Notes: generated from the letters alone by a model not told the origin. DNA of 64,000 bases from a bacterium (GCA_030704665.1 JAUYID010000009.1:64163-128162); one strand, 5' to 3'. Counted from the first letter of the stretch, positions 46,878 to 55,431 are shown. Numbers and translations: made by a program.

Positions 46878-48206
46878 GTGAAAGCTCAAGTCCAAGTTAC
46901 AGCAAAAAAAGACCTCTTTAAATACCGGAAAGATTTTCCAATTCTAGGCCGTAAAGTACATGGTAAAGACCTGATTTATTTCGACAACGCTGCGACCAGT
47001 CAAAAACCCCAAGCCGTTATTGATGCGGTTTCCAACTACTACAAAACCAGCAACGCCAATGTTCACCGCGGTGTGCACAAACTTTCTGAAGAAGCGACTG
47101 AAGCTTATGAGCAGGCTAGAAAGAAGGTAGCTGACTTTATCAAGGGAGGAGATTCTTCCCAAATCGTTTTCACCCGCAACGCGACCGAAGCAATTAATCT
47201 GGTAGCTTACGCTTGGGGGAGAGACAATATTGAAGCTAACGACGAAATCTTACTCACTCAAATGGAGCACCACTCAAACCTAGTTCCCTGGCAAATTCTA
47301 GCTAAAGAAAAAGGGGCAAAGCTGAAATTCATCCCGATCAACGAGCAGGGTGAATTAAGAATTAAGAATGAAGAATTAAAAATTTACTTGACGCCAAAGA
47401 CAAAATTAATCTCTTTAACTCATGTTTCCAACGTCCTCGGTACCGTCAACCCTGTGAAGGACGTGATTAACGAAGCTAAAAACTTTAATCCTGAGATTAA
47501 AATTCTAGTCGATGGAGCTCAGGCAGTACCACATCTTCCAGTCTCGGTGCAGAGCCTAGGAGTCGATTTTTACGCTTTCACTGGCCACAAAATGCTTGGT
47601 CCAACCGGAATTGGGGTGCTCTGGGCAAAAAGGGAACTACTTGAAAAAATGAGACCGTTTCAGGCTGGTGGGGAGATGATTCTTGACGTTGGTTGGGAAG
47701 AGTCCAGCTACAATTACATTCCCTGGAAGTTTGAGGCGGGCACCCCCAATATTGCTGGGGCGGTTGGTCTGGGAGCTGCCGTAGACTATTTAAGCAAAGT
47801 TGGTATGAAAAATATCCGAGAACACGAAAAGGACCTAACTGAGTATGCTTTAAGAAAACTTGAATCTGTTGCCAATCTAGAAATTTATGGACCGAGAAAG
47901 CTTGATCGCAAAACGGGAGTCATCTCTTTCAACATTGTTAAAGAGGGTAAGGTAAACCCCTCACTTCGTTCAGCGACCGTATTTCCTGACGGAAAAGTGG
48001 TCATTCATCCCCATGATTTAGCTTCGATACTCGACGCTCATGGCATTGCTGTGCGCAGCGGGCACCACTGCGCAGCACCCTTGATGAAAGTTTTGGGCAT
48101 TCCAGCTGCGGCCAGAATCAGCTTTCATCTTTACAACACCAAAGAAGAAATTGACCAACTTGTGCCCGCACTTGAGAAAGCGAAGCAAATTTTTAAGATT
48201 AATTAA
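46878..48206 (+). CDS. sufS: Cysteine desulfurase
   Basis: YFDNAATSQKP, TGHKMLGPTG and VRSGHHCA motifs. Confidence 0.96.
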   Translation: MKAQVQVTAKKDLFKYRKDFPILGRKVHGKDLIYFDNAATSQKPQAVIDAVSNYYKTSNANVHRGVHKLSEEATEAYEQARKKVADFIKGGDSSQIVFTRNATEAINLVAYAWGRDNIEANDEILLTQMEHHSNLVPWQILAKEKGAKLKFIPINEQGELRIKNEELKIYLTPKTKLISLTHVSNVLGTVNPVKDVINEAKNFNPEIKILVDGAQAVPHLPVSVQSLGVDFYAFTGHKMLGPTGIGVLWAKRELLEKMRPFQAGGEMILDVGWEESSYNYIPWKFEAGTPNIAGAVGLGAAVDYLSKVGMKNIREHEKDLTEYALRKLESVANLEIYGPRKLDRKTGVISFNIVKEGKVNPSLRSATVFPDGKVVIHPHDLASILDAHGIAVRSGHHCAAPLMKVLGIPAAARISFHLYNTKEEIDQLVPALEKAKQIFKIN

Positions 48207-48207
48207 A

Positions 48208-48576
48208 ATGGAAGACCAACTCTACCGAGAAGTTATACTCGAACGTTTTTCCAATCCAGTCAATCAAGGGATGCTTGAAAAGCCGGACTTGGAGGCTGTT
48301 TTGCTCAACCCACTCTGTGGTGATGAAGTGCGTTTGCAAGTTAAGCTAAACGGAACCAAGGTAAGTCAAGCCCGCTTTTCGGGAAACGGTTGCGCCATCT
48401 CCCAGGTTTCAGCCTCACTTCTAGCAGAGTATTTGGAAGGTAAAAATTTAAGCGCAGCAAAAAAGATAACCCCAGACAAACTTCTTTCTCTGCTCGAGAT
48501 CAAACCCAGCCCCGCTCGTTTGAGTTGCGCTTTGCTTTCTCTGGAAACCCTAAAGAAAGCCCTGCAACCTAGTTAA
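48208..48576 (+). CDS. sufU: SufU/IscU-like protein
   Basis: NPLCGD, GCAISQ and RLSCA motifs. Confidence 0.9.
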   Translation: MEDQLYREVILERFSNPVNQGMLEKPDLEAVLLNPLCGDEVRLQVKLNGTKVSQARFSGNGCAISQVSASLLAEYLEGKNLSAAKKITPDKLLSLLEIKPSPARLSCALLSLETLKKALQPS

Positions 48577-48603
48577 TTATCTTCTGCTATACTAAAAATA
48601 GCT

Positions 48604-49839
48604 ATGGAACAGGTTAAATACTTAATTATTGGTGGCGGTATTGCCGGTACGAACGCAGCTGAAATGATCCGTCGTCTCGATCCTTCAGGATCAATCCTCA
48701 TTGTCACAGAAGAAAAAGACCTACTTTACTCACGAGTCATGCTACCTGATTTTCTGCGTGACGAAGTTCCCTACGAAAAGATTTTTCTGCGCAAGGCGCA
48801 GGATTATCAAAAAAACCAGATTGGGCTGAAGCTAAACGAGCCGGTTTCGAAGGTTAACGCAAAGGAAAAGAAAATCACTCTAGCCTCTGGAGAGGAGATA
48901 GAGGCGGAGAAAATTCTGGTCGCCTCGGGAGGAAAAGTGAACAAACTGAAAAACCCAGGATCAGACTTAGCTGGAGTCAGCTATTTGCGCACCACTGAGG
49001 ATGCGCAACAAGCAAAAGATTGGCTCCGAACCTCGCAAGAAGCAGTTGTGGTTGGAGGAGGTTTCATTGGAATTGAATTTGCCAAAACTTTTCGCCAGCA
49101 CAATTTGCAGACAAAAGCCTTGATCATGGAGAAGTATTTTTGGGAGGCAGTGGTGGGTGAAAATTCTGGTAAATTGCTAACCGAGCTACTTCAAGAAAAT
49201 GGAATTGAAGTTGTCGCTGGGGTCCAAGTTGGCCAATTTATTGGCCAAAACCGTTTAGAAAAAGTCAAACTGAACAACAACCAGGAGATCCCAGCCCAAA
49301 TTGCCGGAGTGGGGATTGGCATTCATTTGGATTTGGATCACTTGCAAGACTCAGGTCTCAAGATTAACAAAGGAGTAGTCACAGACCAGTATTTGCAAAC
49401 TTCGGCCCCAGATATTTGGGCTGCCGGTGATATTGCTGAATTTTATGACCCTATTTTCGATAAGTACCATACTCTAGGCAACTGGACCAATTCTTCTGCT
49501 CAAGGCCGGGTCGTAGGTGCGAATATGGTGGGTCAGAAGCAAGTTTTTGAGACCTTAAGTACATACTCAATTGATGTTTTTGGCTCAAGCTTTACTTTTT
49601 TGGGTGATCCGGCCGTGGATGAGCAAACTGAAGTAGTTGAACGTGGTAGCCTGACGGATAAGAAATTGGGTAGAATTTTGCTTCGCAATGACGTTGTTGT
49701 TGGTGCTTCTCTCATCAATCTTAATCATGACCGAGCGGCTTTGAACAAACTTATTAAAGAAAAGACGAAGGTAGCTACTTCAAAAGAACAATTAAAAGAC
49801 CCAAAATTCGATCTTCTGAGCTTACTCAACACCCTATAG
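48604..49839 (+). CDS. FAD-dependent NAD(P)H oxidoreductase (ferredoxin/rubredoxin reductase-like)
   Basis: GGGIAG, GGGFIG and TSAPDIWAAGD motifs. Confidence 0.88.
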   Translation: MEQVKYLIIGGGIAGTNAAEMIRRLDPSGSILIVTEEKDLLYSRVMLPDFLRDEVPYEKIFLRKAQDYQKNQIGLKLNEPVSKVNAKEKKITLASGEEIEAEKILVASGGKVNKLKNPGSDLAGVSYLRTTEDAQQAKDWLRTSQEAVVVGGGFIGIEFAKTFRQHNLQTKALIMEKYFWEAVVGENSGKLLTELLQENGIEVVAGVQVGQFIGQNRLEKVKLNNNQEIPAQIAGVGIGIHLDLDHLQDSGLKINKGVVTDQYLQTSAPDIWAAGDIAEFYDPIFDKYHTLGNWTNSSAQGRVVGANMVGQKQVFETLSTYSIDVFGSSFTFLGDPAVDEQTEVVERGSLTDKKLGRILLRNDVVVGASLINLNHDRAALNKLIKEKTKVATSKEQLKDPKFDLLSLLNTL

Positions 49840-49926
49840 TACTTGACTTTTAACCCTATTTTTGCTATAATATTTCACATTGAAGTCGGCAAACGTCGAC
49901 TTTTTGTTTCCTTAAGGAGGGAGCAC

Positions 49927-50634
49927 ATGCGATCGTTGGTCATCAAAGTGACCGCCCCGCTGGCGATCATCATGACGCTAGTGTGGTTGACTTTTTCGGC
50001 ATCCTCGGCCTTGGCTTGGGAAGTCGAAGTCGAGTGTCGCGACGGTTTCGTCGGCGGCAGCATCCATGTCCCGGAGGCGAGTAGCTTCGACATTTATGTC
50101 GAGGATCACGTCCCTGGTAAGGGCTGGCTGGAGGTTCCAGGCAGTCGCGATGAGATTACCGTCGCCGAGGGTAAGGAGGGTTTCGTGCCTTTCGGACCAC
50201 TTGACGTTCGGGCTCATCGTGATGGTGCTGATCTTCTCAAGATCGCTCAGACAGCGGACGATACTCCCTACGAGCCGTTCGACGTTTGTGACGCACCTGA
50301 ACCGACCTCAACTACAGTCCCACCGACGAGTACTCCGAGCCCGACCTTCACCGCGACGGCTACGAGAGCTCCGAGGACGGCCACGAAGACCGCAGTCCCT
50401 CCGACCGCGACTTCAACGCCTTGGGGAAGTGTGGGTGAGCCGGGTTTGTCGATCACTCCCGAGCCAACGTCCACGACCGCACCAGCACCGCCAGCCATCA
50501 AGCTGCCGGCCGCAGGAACAGGGGCTGATCGAGTAGCGAAGAGGCAAGTCGTACCCTACATGGTCATCGGCTTCGCCGGCATCTTCCTTCTCATGGCCGG
50601 GTCACTGCGACGCAACAACCGACGGCGTCGTTAA
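49927..50634 (+). CDS. GC-rich surface protein with sortase-type sorting signal (LPAAG, TM, basic tail)
   Basis: SD AAGGAGG, signal peptide, T/P-rich stalk, KLPAAGTG, hydrophobic helix, RRNNRRRR tail. Confidence 0.7.
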   Translation: MRSLVIKVTAPLAIIMTLVWLTFSASSALAWEVEVECRDGFVGGSIHVPEASSFDIYVEDHVPGKGWLEVPGSRDEITVAEGKEGFVPFGPLDVRAHRDGADLLKIAQTADDTPYEPFDVCDAPEPTSTTVPPTSTPSPTFTATATRAPRTATKTAVPPTATSTPWGSVGEPGLSITPEPTSTTAPAPPAIKLPAAGTGADRVAKRQVVPYMVIGFAGIFLLMAGSLRRNNRRRR

Positions 50635-50754
50635 GCGAAATTATCCTTGAGTCGGTTTTGATCGGGTCGTCCACTGTAAGCCTCTTTCTAAGAGCAAGTG
50701 GACGGCCCGATTTTCGTATTTGACAGCTTTCCCCCCAACGTTTAGGATAGATTT

Positions 50755-51147
50755 ATGGCCGATCTTTCTGGAAAAAAAGTTCTAGTGGTTGATGATGAAG
50801 ACTCAATTCGTGAGATTTATCGTCGTGAACTGCAAACCCACGGTTTTGAAGTAGTTGTAGCGGCCGATGGGGAAGAGGGTTTACTGAAAGCGGGGGAGGC
50901 GATTCCCGACATTATTTTACTCGACATTATGCTTCCCAAGATGAGTGGTATTGACGTTCTCAAAGCTCTCAAAGAAAATCAACTGACCAAGAACGTTCCA
51001 GTTCTACTGCTGACCAATCTTGGTGAAGAAACAATCATCAAAGAGGGTTTTGAGCTGGGCGCAGACGGGTATCTCCTCAAAGTTTCTTACACTCCCGCCC
51101 AAGTCGTCGACGAGGTCACCAAGTTTTTGTCAGACAACAATTCCTAA
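50755..51147 (+). CDS. Single-domain response regulator
   Basis: VLVVDDE, LLDIMLP and GADGYLLK motifs. Confidence 0.92.
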   Translation: MADLSGKKVLVVDDEDSIREIYRRELQTHGFEVVVAADGEEGLLKAGEAIPDIILLDIMLPKMSGIDVLKALKENQLTKNVPVLLLTNLGEETIIKEGFELGADGYLLKVSYTPAQVVDEVTKFLSDNNS

Positions 51148-51153
51148 ATTTCC

Positions 51154-51966
51154 ATGAGTAATTTTGAATTTCGTCAGGATCCTTTAAATCGGGATTGGGT
51201 TATCATTGCACCGTTGCGCTCAAAAAGACCTGATGTCGCCAAAGGCTCGGAACCGGTTTGTCCTTTTTGTGAAGGTAATGAGGCGCTGACTCCCCGAGAG
51301 GTTTACCGTCTTGGCAAAGGCAGGGTGAACAAGCCTGGGTGGGAGATAAGAGTTACTCCCAACAAATTTCCCTTCGCTCCAATTCACGAAGTAGTGATTC
51401 ACAGCCCACGACACGAGGAGAATTTTTTTACCTTTAGCAAAAGTAAATTGATCAAGATTTTTAAAGTTTACAGGCAGCGGTACTTAGAACACCAAAGTAA
51501 GGGACAAGTTTTTATCTTTCACAATTTTGGCAAAGAGGGAGCTGAATCATTGCCTCACTCTCACACTCAAATTGCGGTCATACCTTCAGAATTAACTTTG
51601 AGAATACCTTTGATGGGAATCCAGGAAAACACTTTTCGAGCAACAAAATACTTCAATCTCTTTTGCCCAGAAGCTAGTCATTGGCCCGCTGAAGTTTGGA
51701 TTGGTCCCAAAGCAAGAGGCGAAAGTTTCGGCTCAATCTCTCCTTCGCAAACTGAAGACTTGGCCAAGGCGGTAGCTTTAGTTTTAAAAAAACTGGAAAA
51801 ATTTCTTCGTCCAGAGTTTCCTTTCAACTTTTACATTTATCCCGCCGGGGATTGGTACTTGCGGATCATTCCTCGTCTCAAAGTGCTCGGTGGTTTTGAG
51901 ATTGGGACTAATGTTTTTGTAAATACCGCCGACCCAGTTTCAACCGCCAAGGCTTTGGGGCGTTAG
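51154..51966 (+). CDS. GalT-like nucleotidyltransferase (HIT superfamily)
   Basis: CPFCEGNE, PNKFP and SLPHSHTQ motifs. Confidence 0.85.
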   Translation: MSNFEFRQDPLNRDWVIIAPLRSKRPDVAKGSEPVCPFCEGNEALTPREVYRLGKGRVNKPGWEIRVTPNKFPFAPIHEVVIHSPRHEENFFTFSKSKLIKIFKVYRQRYLEHQSKGQVFIFHNFGKEGAESLPHSHTQIAVIPSELTLRIPLMGIQENTFRATKYFNLFCPEASHWPAEVWIGPKARGESFGSISPSQTEDLAKAVALVLKKLEKFLRPEFPFNFYIYPAGDWYLRIIPRLKVLGGFEIGTNVFVNTADPVSTAKALGR

Positions 51967-52007
51967 ACCCTTCCCAAACCCCCTCTGAGGCTCTAAAATA
52001 GTTCCTT

Positions 52008-52304
52008 ATGATCAGTAAAGAAGATGTGGTGAACCAGCTAAAAACTGTCAATGACCCGGAGCTCGGAATTAACATTGTTGATCTCGGTTTGGTTTATGAG
52101 GTAAGAACCAAAAACAATAATGTTTTTGTTCTCTTGACGCTAACTTTTCCAGGTTGTCCTTTTGGAACAATAGTCAACGAAGAAGTAAACAAAGCTCTTT
52201 CCGCATTAAAGAAGGTGGGGAAAATAAGTTTAAAAATCACTTTTGATCCGCCTTGGGATCTTACTAAAGTCAGTCCGGAGGCGGCCGCCGAAATAGGTAT
52301 TTGA
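52008..52304 (+). CDS. DUF59/SufT-PaaD-like Fe-S maturation protein
   Basis: DPELGINIVDLGLVY, TFPGCP and FDPPW motifs. Confidence 0.9.
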   Translation: MISKEDVVNQLKTVNDPELGINIVDLGLVYEVRTKNNNVFVLLTLTFPGCPFGTIVNEEVNKALSALKKVGKISLKITFDPPWDLTKVSPEAAAEIGI

Positions 52305-53287
52305 AAATGATCAACTTAGTTGATATTTTTGTCTTGGGTGTTTTAATATTTTTTGCTTGGCAAGGTTTTCACACTGGCCTTCTCGGAGGAGTGCTCAACC
52401 TTTTGACTACTGGACTAGCTTTCTTGCTAGCACTTTTGCTCTACCCGTATTTGGGTAGTTTTCTTTCTCAAAGGTTCGATATTGCTGAGAACTTTACTTT
52501 GATAGTGAGTTTCTTCTTTATTTTAGTTTTTAGTGAGATTACCTTTGGTTTTTTGGCTACTTTGATTTACAAACACTTAGTTAGCCCACTGCACAAACGT
52601 TTTCGATCCTTATTAAAAATCGATAAAATTCTTGGCATCATACCCTCTTTGTTTGTCGGAGCCATCCTAGCAAGCCTTTTTTTGCTCCTTCCACTTTTAC
52701 TGCCGGTGACTCCAGGCTTGAGGAGCAATATTGCAGATTCGTTTTGGGGCGAAAAAGTTTTGTCACCTTTGGTTACCAACCAGCGAAAATTCGAAAAGTT
52801 TCTCAATCGTCTCCCTTACCAAAACTTGATTTATTTATTGACTCCAAGTCCAGAATCACAAGAAACAGTCAAACTCTCAATTCCAGCCAAGACTAACTTT
52901 AAAGTTGATAGTGAATCTGAAAAAAGGATGTTTTCTTTAGTAAATAAAGAGCGTAAAGCCAGAGGGTTAAAAGAACTACTTTTTGATAGTGCGTTGCGAG
53001 AGGTCGCTCGCGACCACTGCCTCGATATGTTTAAGCGTAGCTATTTCTCCCATTACACCCCGGAAGGCAAATCTCCTTTTGACCGGATGAAAGAGGCGGG
53101 AATCACTTATTTGGTAGCGGGAGAAAACCTCGCCTATGCCGCCTCTGTTGAAGTAGCTCATCAAGGTTTGATGAATTCGCAGGGCCACCGGGAAAATATT
53201 TTGCGGGGCGAGTTTGGTCATCTTGGAGTCGGGGTAATTGACGGCGGACTCTCCGGGAAAATATTTTGCCAAGAGTTCAAAGACTGA
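52301..53287 (+). CDS. CvpA-domain plus CAP/SCP-domain fusion
   Basis: CvpA-like TM region; LVNKER, YFSH, GENLA and LMNSQGHRENIL motifs. Confidence 0.85.
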   Translation: MKMINLVDIFVLGVLIFFAWQGFHTGLLGGVLNLLTTGLAFLLALLLYPYLGSFLSQRFDIAENFTLIVSFFFILVFSEITFGFLATLIYKHLVSPLHKRFRSLLKIDKILGIIPSLFVGAILASLFLLLPLLLPVTPGLRSNIADSFWGEKVLSPLVTNQRKFEKFLNRLPYQNLIYLLTPSPESQETVKLSIPAKTNFKVDSESEKRMFSLVNKERKARGLKELLFDSALREVARDHCLDMFKRSYFSHYTPEGKSPFDRMKEAGITYLVAGENLAYAASVEVAHQGLMNSQGHRENILRGEFGHLGVGVIDGGLSGKIFCQEFKD

Positions 53288-53305
53288 AGTTGTTATAATC
53301 AAGCC

Positions 53306-53761
53306 ATGAATTACTTGAACAAGCAAATTAAGAAAAACCCCCTATTCTTTGCCCTTCTTTTACCAGCCCTAACAGATTCTATAATTACTTTATTAGGCCA
53401 AAGTCAGGCGTATTGGAACGGTTCAAAAACTGTAAATGAAGCAAGCCCAGCTTATTATTTTCTTCTAGCCTCGCCTTGGGTTTATTTAGTGGCGGTTATT
53501 GTATGGTTCATTTTCTGGTACTGGGTTTTTAAGAAGATAAAAGAACCGGCTAACCTGTTTTTAATGTTTGTTTTTATCGTTGGTCACGCTTGGGGCAGCT
53601 CAACTTGGATAAAAAAGCTTCTAATTGAAAATGGTCTTTACACAGTTGAGAATCAAAGCCGAACGATACTGGGTTGGAGCTTGTTGATGCTTTACTTTGT
53701 TGTAATTGCCGTTTTAGCAACCTACTGTTTAAAAATATATATGGAGAGTAGAAAAAAATGA
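53306..53761 (+). CDS. Hypothetical membrane protein
   Basis: Four TM segments; TATAAT a few nt upstream of ATG. Confidence 0.6.
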   Translation: MNYLNKQIKKNPLFFALLLPALTDSIITLLGQSQAYWNGSKTVNEASPAYYFLLASPWVYLVAVIVWFIFWYWVFKKIKEPANLFLMFVFIVGHAWGSSTWIKKLLIENGLYTVENQSRTILGWSLLMLYFVVIAVLATYCLKIYMESRKK

Positions 53762-54014
53762 CTGACAAGCTTGTCTGTTGCAATCCCTTTTGACTAGGAC
53801 TAATCTTAAAGACGAATCCATAACTAATTTATAAGGCCTTCTAGGTTTATCAACAAAAGGAGGTAGTTATGGAGAGAAGTCCCCCGGTTTGATTTCACTC
53901 AAATCAAGCGGGACCAGGAATTTCTTGATTGTCTTGAGAGGAAATTCCTGGGCAATTATTTCAATAAATTACAAATCCCCGAAGTCACTCTTCGGGTTTT
54001 TGTTTTAAAAGGAA

Positions 54015-54023
54015 TGGTATAAT
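54015..54023 (+). promoter_or_regulatory. Extended -10 promoter for the nested tRNA locus
   Basis: TGGTATAAT about 8 nt upstream of the outer stem; terminator-like hairpin at 53977-54002 precedes it. Confidence 0.65.
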
Positions 54024-54079
54024 AAATTTTAGCTGTTGAACTTGTAGCTCAGCGGTTAGAGCACCATTTAACACTTGCT

Positions 54080-54319
54080 GGGTCAGTAGCTCAGCGGTTA
54101 GAGCACCACTCTTATATCTTGCTTGGGCACCGATTGGATCGGTAGCTCAGCGGTTAGAGCACCACTCTTATAAAGTGGGGGTCCTTGGTTCAAATCCAAG
54201 CCGATCCACCATAGTCTTTACTGACTGATCAAAGTGGGAGAAAAGCAAGATAATGAGTAAGATGTATTCTTGCGAATATAAAGTGGGGGTCCTTGGTTCA
54301 AATCCAAGCTGACCCACCA
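54080..54319 (+). tRNA. Split tRNA-Ile(TAT) with a 164-nt insert in the anticodon loop (exons 54080-54116 and 54281-54319)
   Basis: Joined halves give a perfect 76-nt tRNA with GGGTCAG/CTGACCC acceptor stem and ACCA end. Confidence 0.85.
54136..54211 (+). tRNA. tRNA-Ile(TAT), intact innermost copy
   Basis: GGATCGG/CCGATCC acceptor stem, CCACT-CTTATAA-AGTGG anticodon arm, TTCAAAT T-loop, ACCA end. Confidence 0.93.
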
Positions 54320-54481
54320 GAGTCTTAATTGACTGATCACAGTGGTTCTCCAGCAGTAATTTTAGTGGAAGGTCCTTGGTTCAAATCCAAGCAAGTTCGA
54401 TAGCACCTTATATCGCGCTAAAGGTAATTCTGAAGAATTGTTAAAATTAGATGCGCGCGATATTTTGTCGATTACGCCAAA

Positions 54482-54892
54482 ATGAAACTATCCTACGCAC
54501 TTGTAGCTGATCACGCTTTTTTGTCAATTGATAAAAAGGTAAATATTATCGGAATTTTTGAGACGATCAACTCAGTCTCTTTTCCGGTGATCCATCCAAA
54601 ATTTGTTGTGGTTGGTTCGATCGAGCCGAGTCAGCAGACTTTCAAAATGGCCCTCAATATCGCAGATGCCATGACCGGACAGAGCATTATCGACAACTCT
54701 ACCGAAAGAGAAATTAAACTTCCACCCAATCAGATCAATGCCAACTTCAACTTCATCATCGAAATAGTAAATATTAATTTCAGAGCCGCCGGAAACTACC
54801 GGGTCGAGATCCTCATCGATGGACAAAAGCTTGGCGAGGTCCCCTTGAAAGTGGTTCAAGCCCCAACTCCGATCGATTCACCTCAGGCTTAG
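54482..54892 (+). CDS. DUF6941-like beta-sandwich protein
   Basis: ALVADHA...KVNIIGIFETI...GNYRVEILIDG pattern. Confidence 0.65.
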   Translation: MKLSYALVADHAFLSIDKKVNIIGIFETINSVSFPVIHPKFVVVGSIEPSQQTFKMALNIADAMTGQSIIDNSTEREIKLPPNQINANFNFIIEIVNINFRAAGNYRVEILIDGQKLGEVPLKVVQAPTPIDSPQA

Positions 54893-54959
54893 GCTTTACT
54901 TCCAGCAAACAAATTTCTAAAATAGCGTTGACCGAATCTGCAAGCAAGGGAGGGGAGAG

Positions 54960-55187
54960 ATGGTTAAGGCACTACTACCCGAGACTAAGGTTGAGGGTTG
55001 GCTCGACACCAACGAGGCGGCGGCTCTGCTTGGTGTTCACCCGCAAACAGTACGAGTGTTGGTGCGCAAGGGTAAGCTAGAAGCCACTCACTTGAACAGC
55101 TCTCGACTTGTTTTTGAGGAAGCTAAAGTCGAGAAGTTCAAAGGCGGTTACAAACCAAGGAAACCAGAGAGGAGGGTTTTAAGGTGA
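54960..55187 (+). CDS. Excisionase-like (HTH_17/MerR-type) DNA-binding protein
   Basis: LDTNEAAALLGVHPQTVRVLVRKGKLEA. Confidence 0.8.
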   Translation: MVKALLPETKVEGWLDTNEAAALLGVHPQTVRVLVRKGKLEATHLNSSRLVFEEAKVEKFKGGYKPRKPERRVLR

Positions 55188-55426
55188 CTAAGAAAAACTT
55201 AGCCGACTACCTTACGGTTAAGCAGGTGGCTGAGGAGCTAAGTGTTCAACGACGAACAGTACTAAGACAGATCAAAGCCGGCAATCTCAAGGCCTTTTGG
55301 TTTGGAAGAGGTTTTCTGGTCGAGAAAAAGGAGCTGGAGCGTTTTAGGAAGACCTACAAAGGGAGAGTCGGGCATCCGCGAGTTGAGGTAGAGGGGCTAG
55401 GGGCTTGGCTTGATAAATTGAGCTGA
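55184..55426 (+). CDS. Excisionase-like (HTH_17) DNA-binding protein
   Basis: YLTVKQVAEELSVQRRTVLRQIKAGNLKA. Confidence 0.8.
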   Translation: MTKKNLADYLTVKQVAEELSVQRRTVLRQIKAGNLKAFWFGRGFLVEKKELERFRKTYKGRVGHPRVEVEGLGAWLDKLS

Positions 55427-55431
55427 GCCTC

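Larger units (their letters stand above)
54032..54404 (+). ncRNA. Outer tRNA-like shell (5' half 54038-54068, 3' half 54364-54398); no anticodon, no CCA
   Basis: GAACTTG/CAAGTTC acceptor stem extended to 13 bp; D and T arms identical to the inner tRNA-Ile. Confidence 0.8.

Noticed and set aside
54117-54280. Group I or II self-splicing intron in the middle tRNA
   Set aside because: The insert is only 164 nt, of which 76 are the inner tRNA. I see no P7 core, terminal G or domain V.
54032-54404. Nested tRNA as an assembly artefact, tandem tRNA array or CRISPR-like repeat
   Set aside because: The halves are ordered 5'5'5'-3'3'3' and each layer has a distinct, mutually compensated acceptor stem. 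Collapsed or tandem repeats would not produce that, and there is no repeat-spacer periodicity. Read mapping is still advisable.
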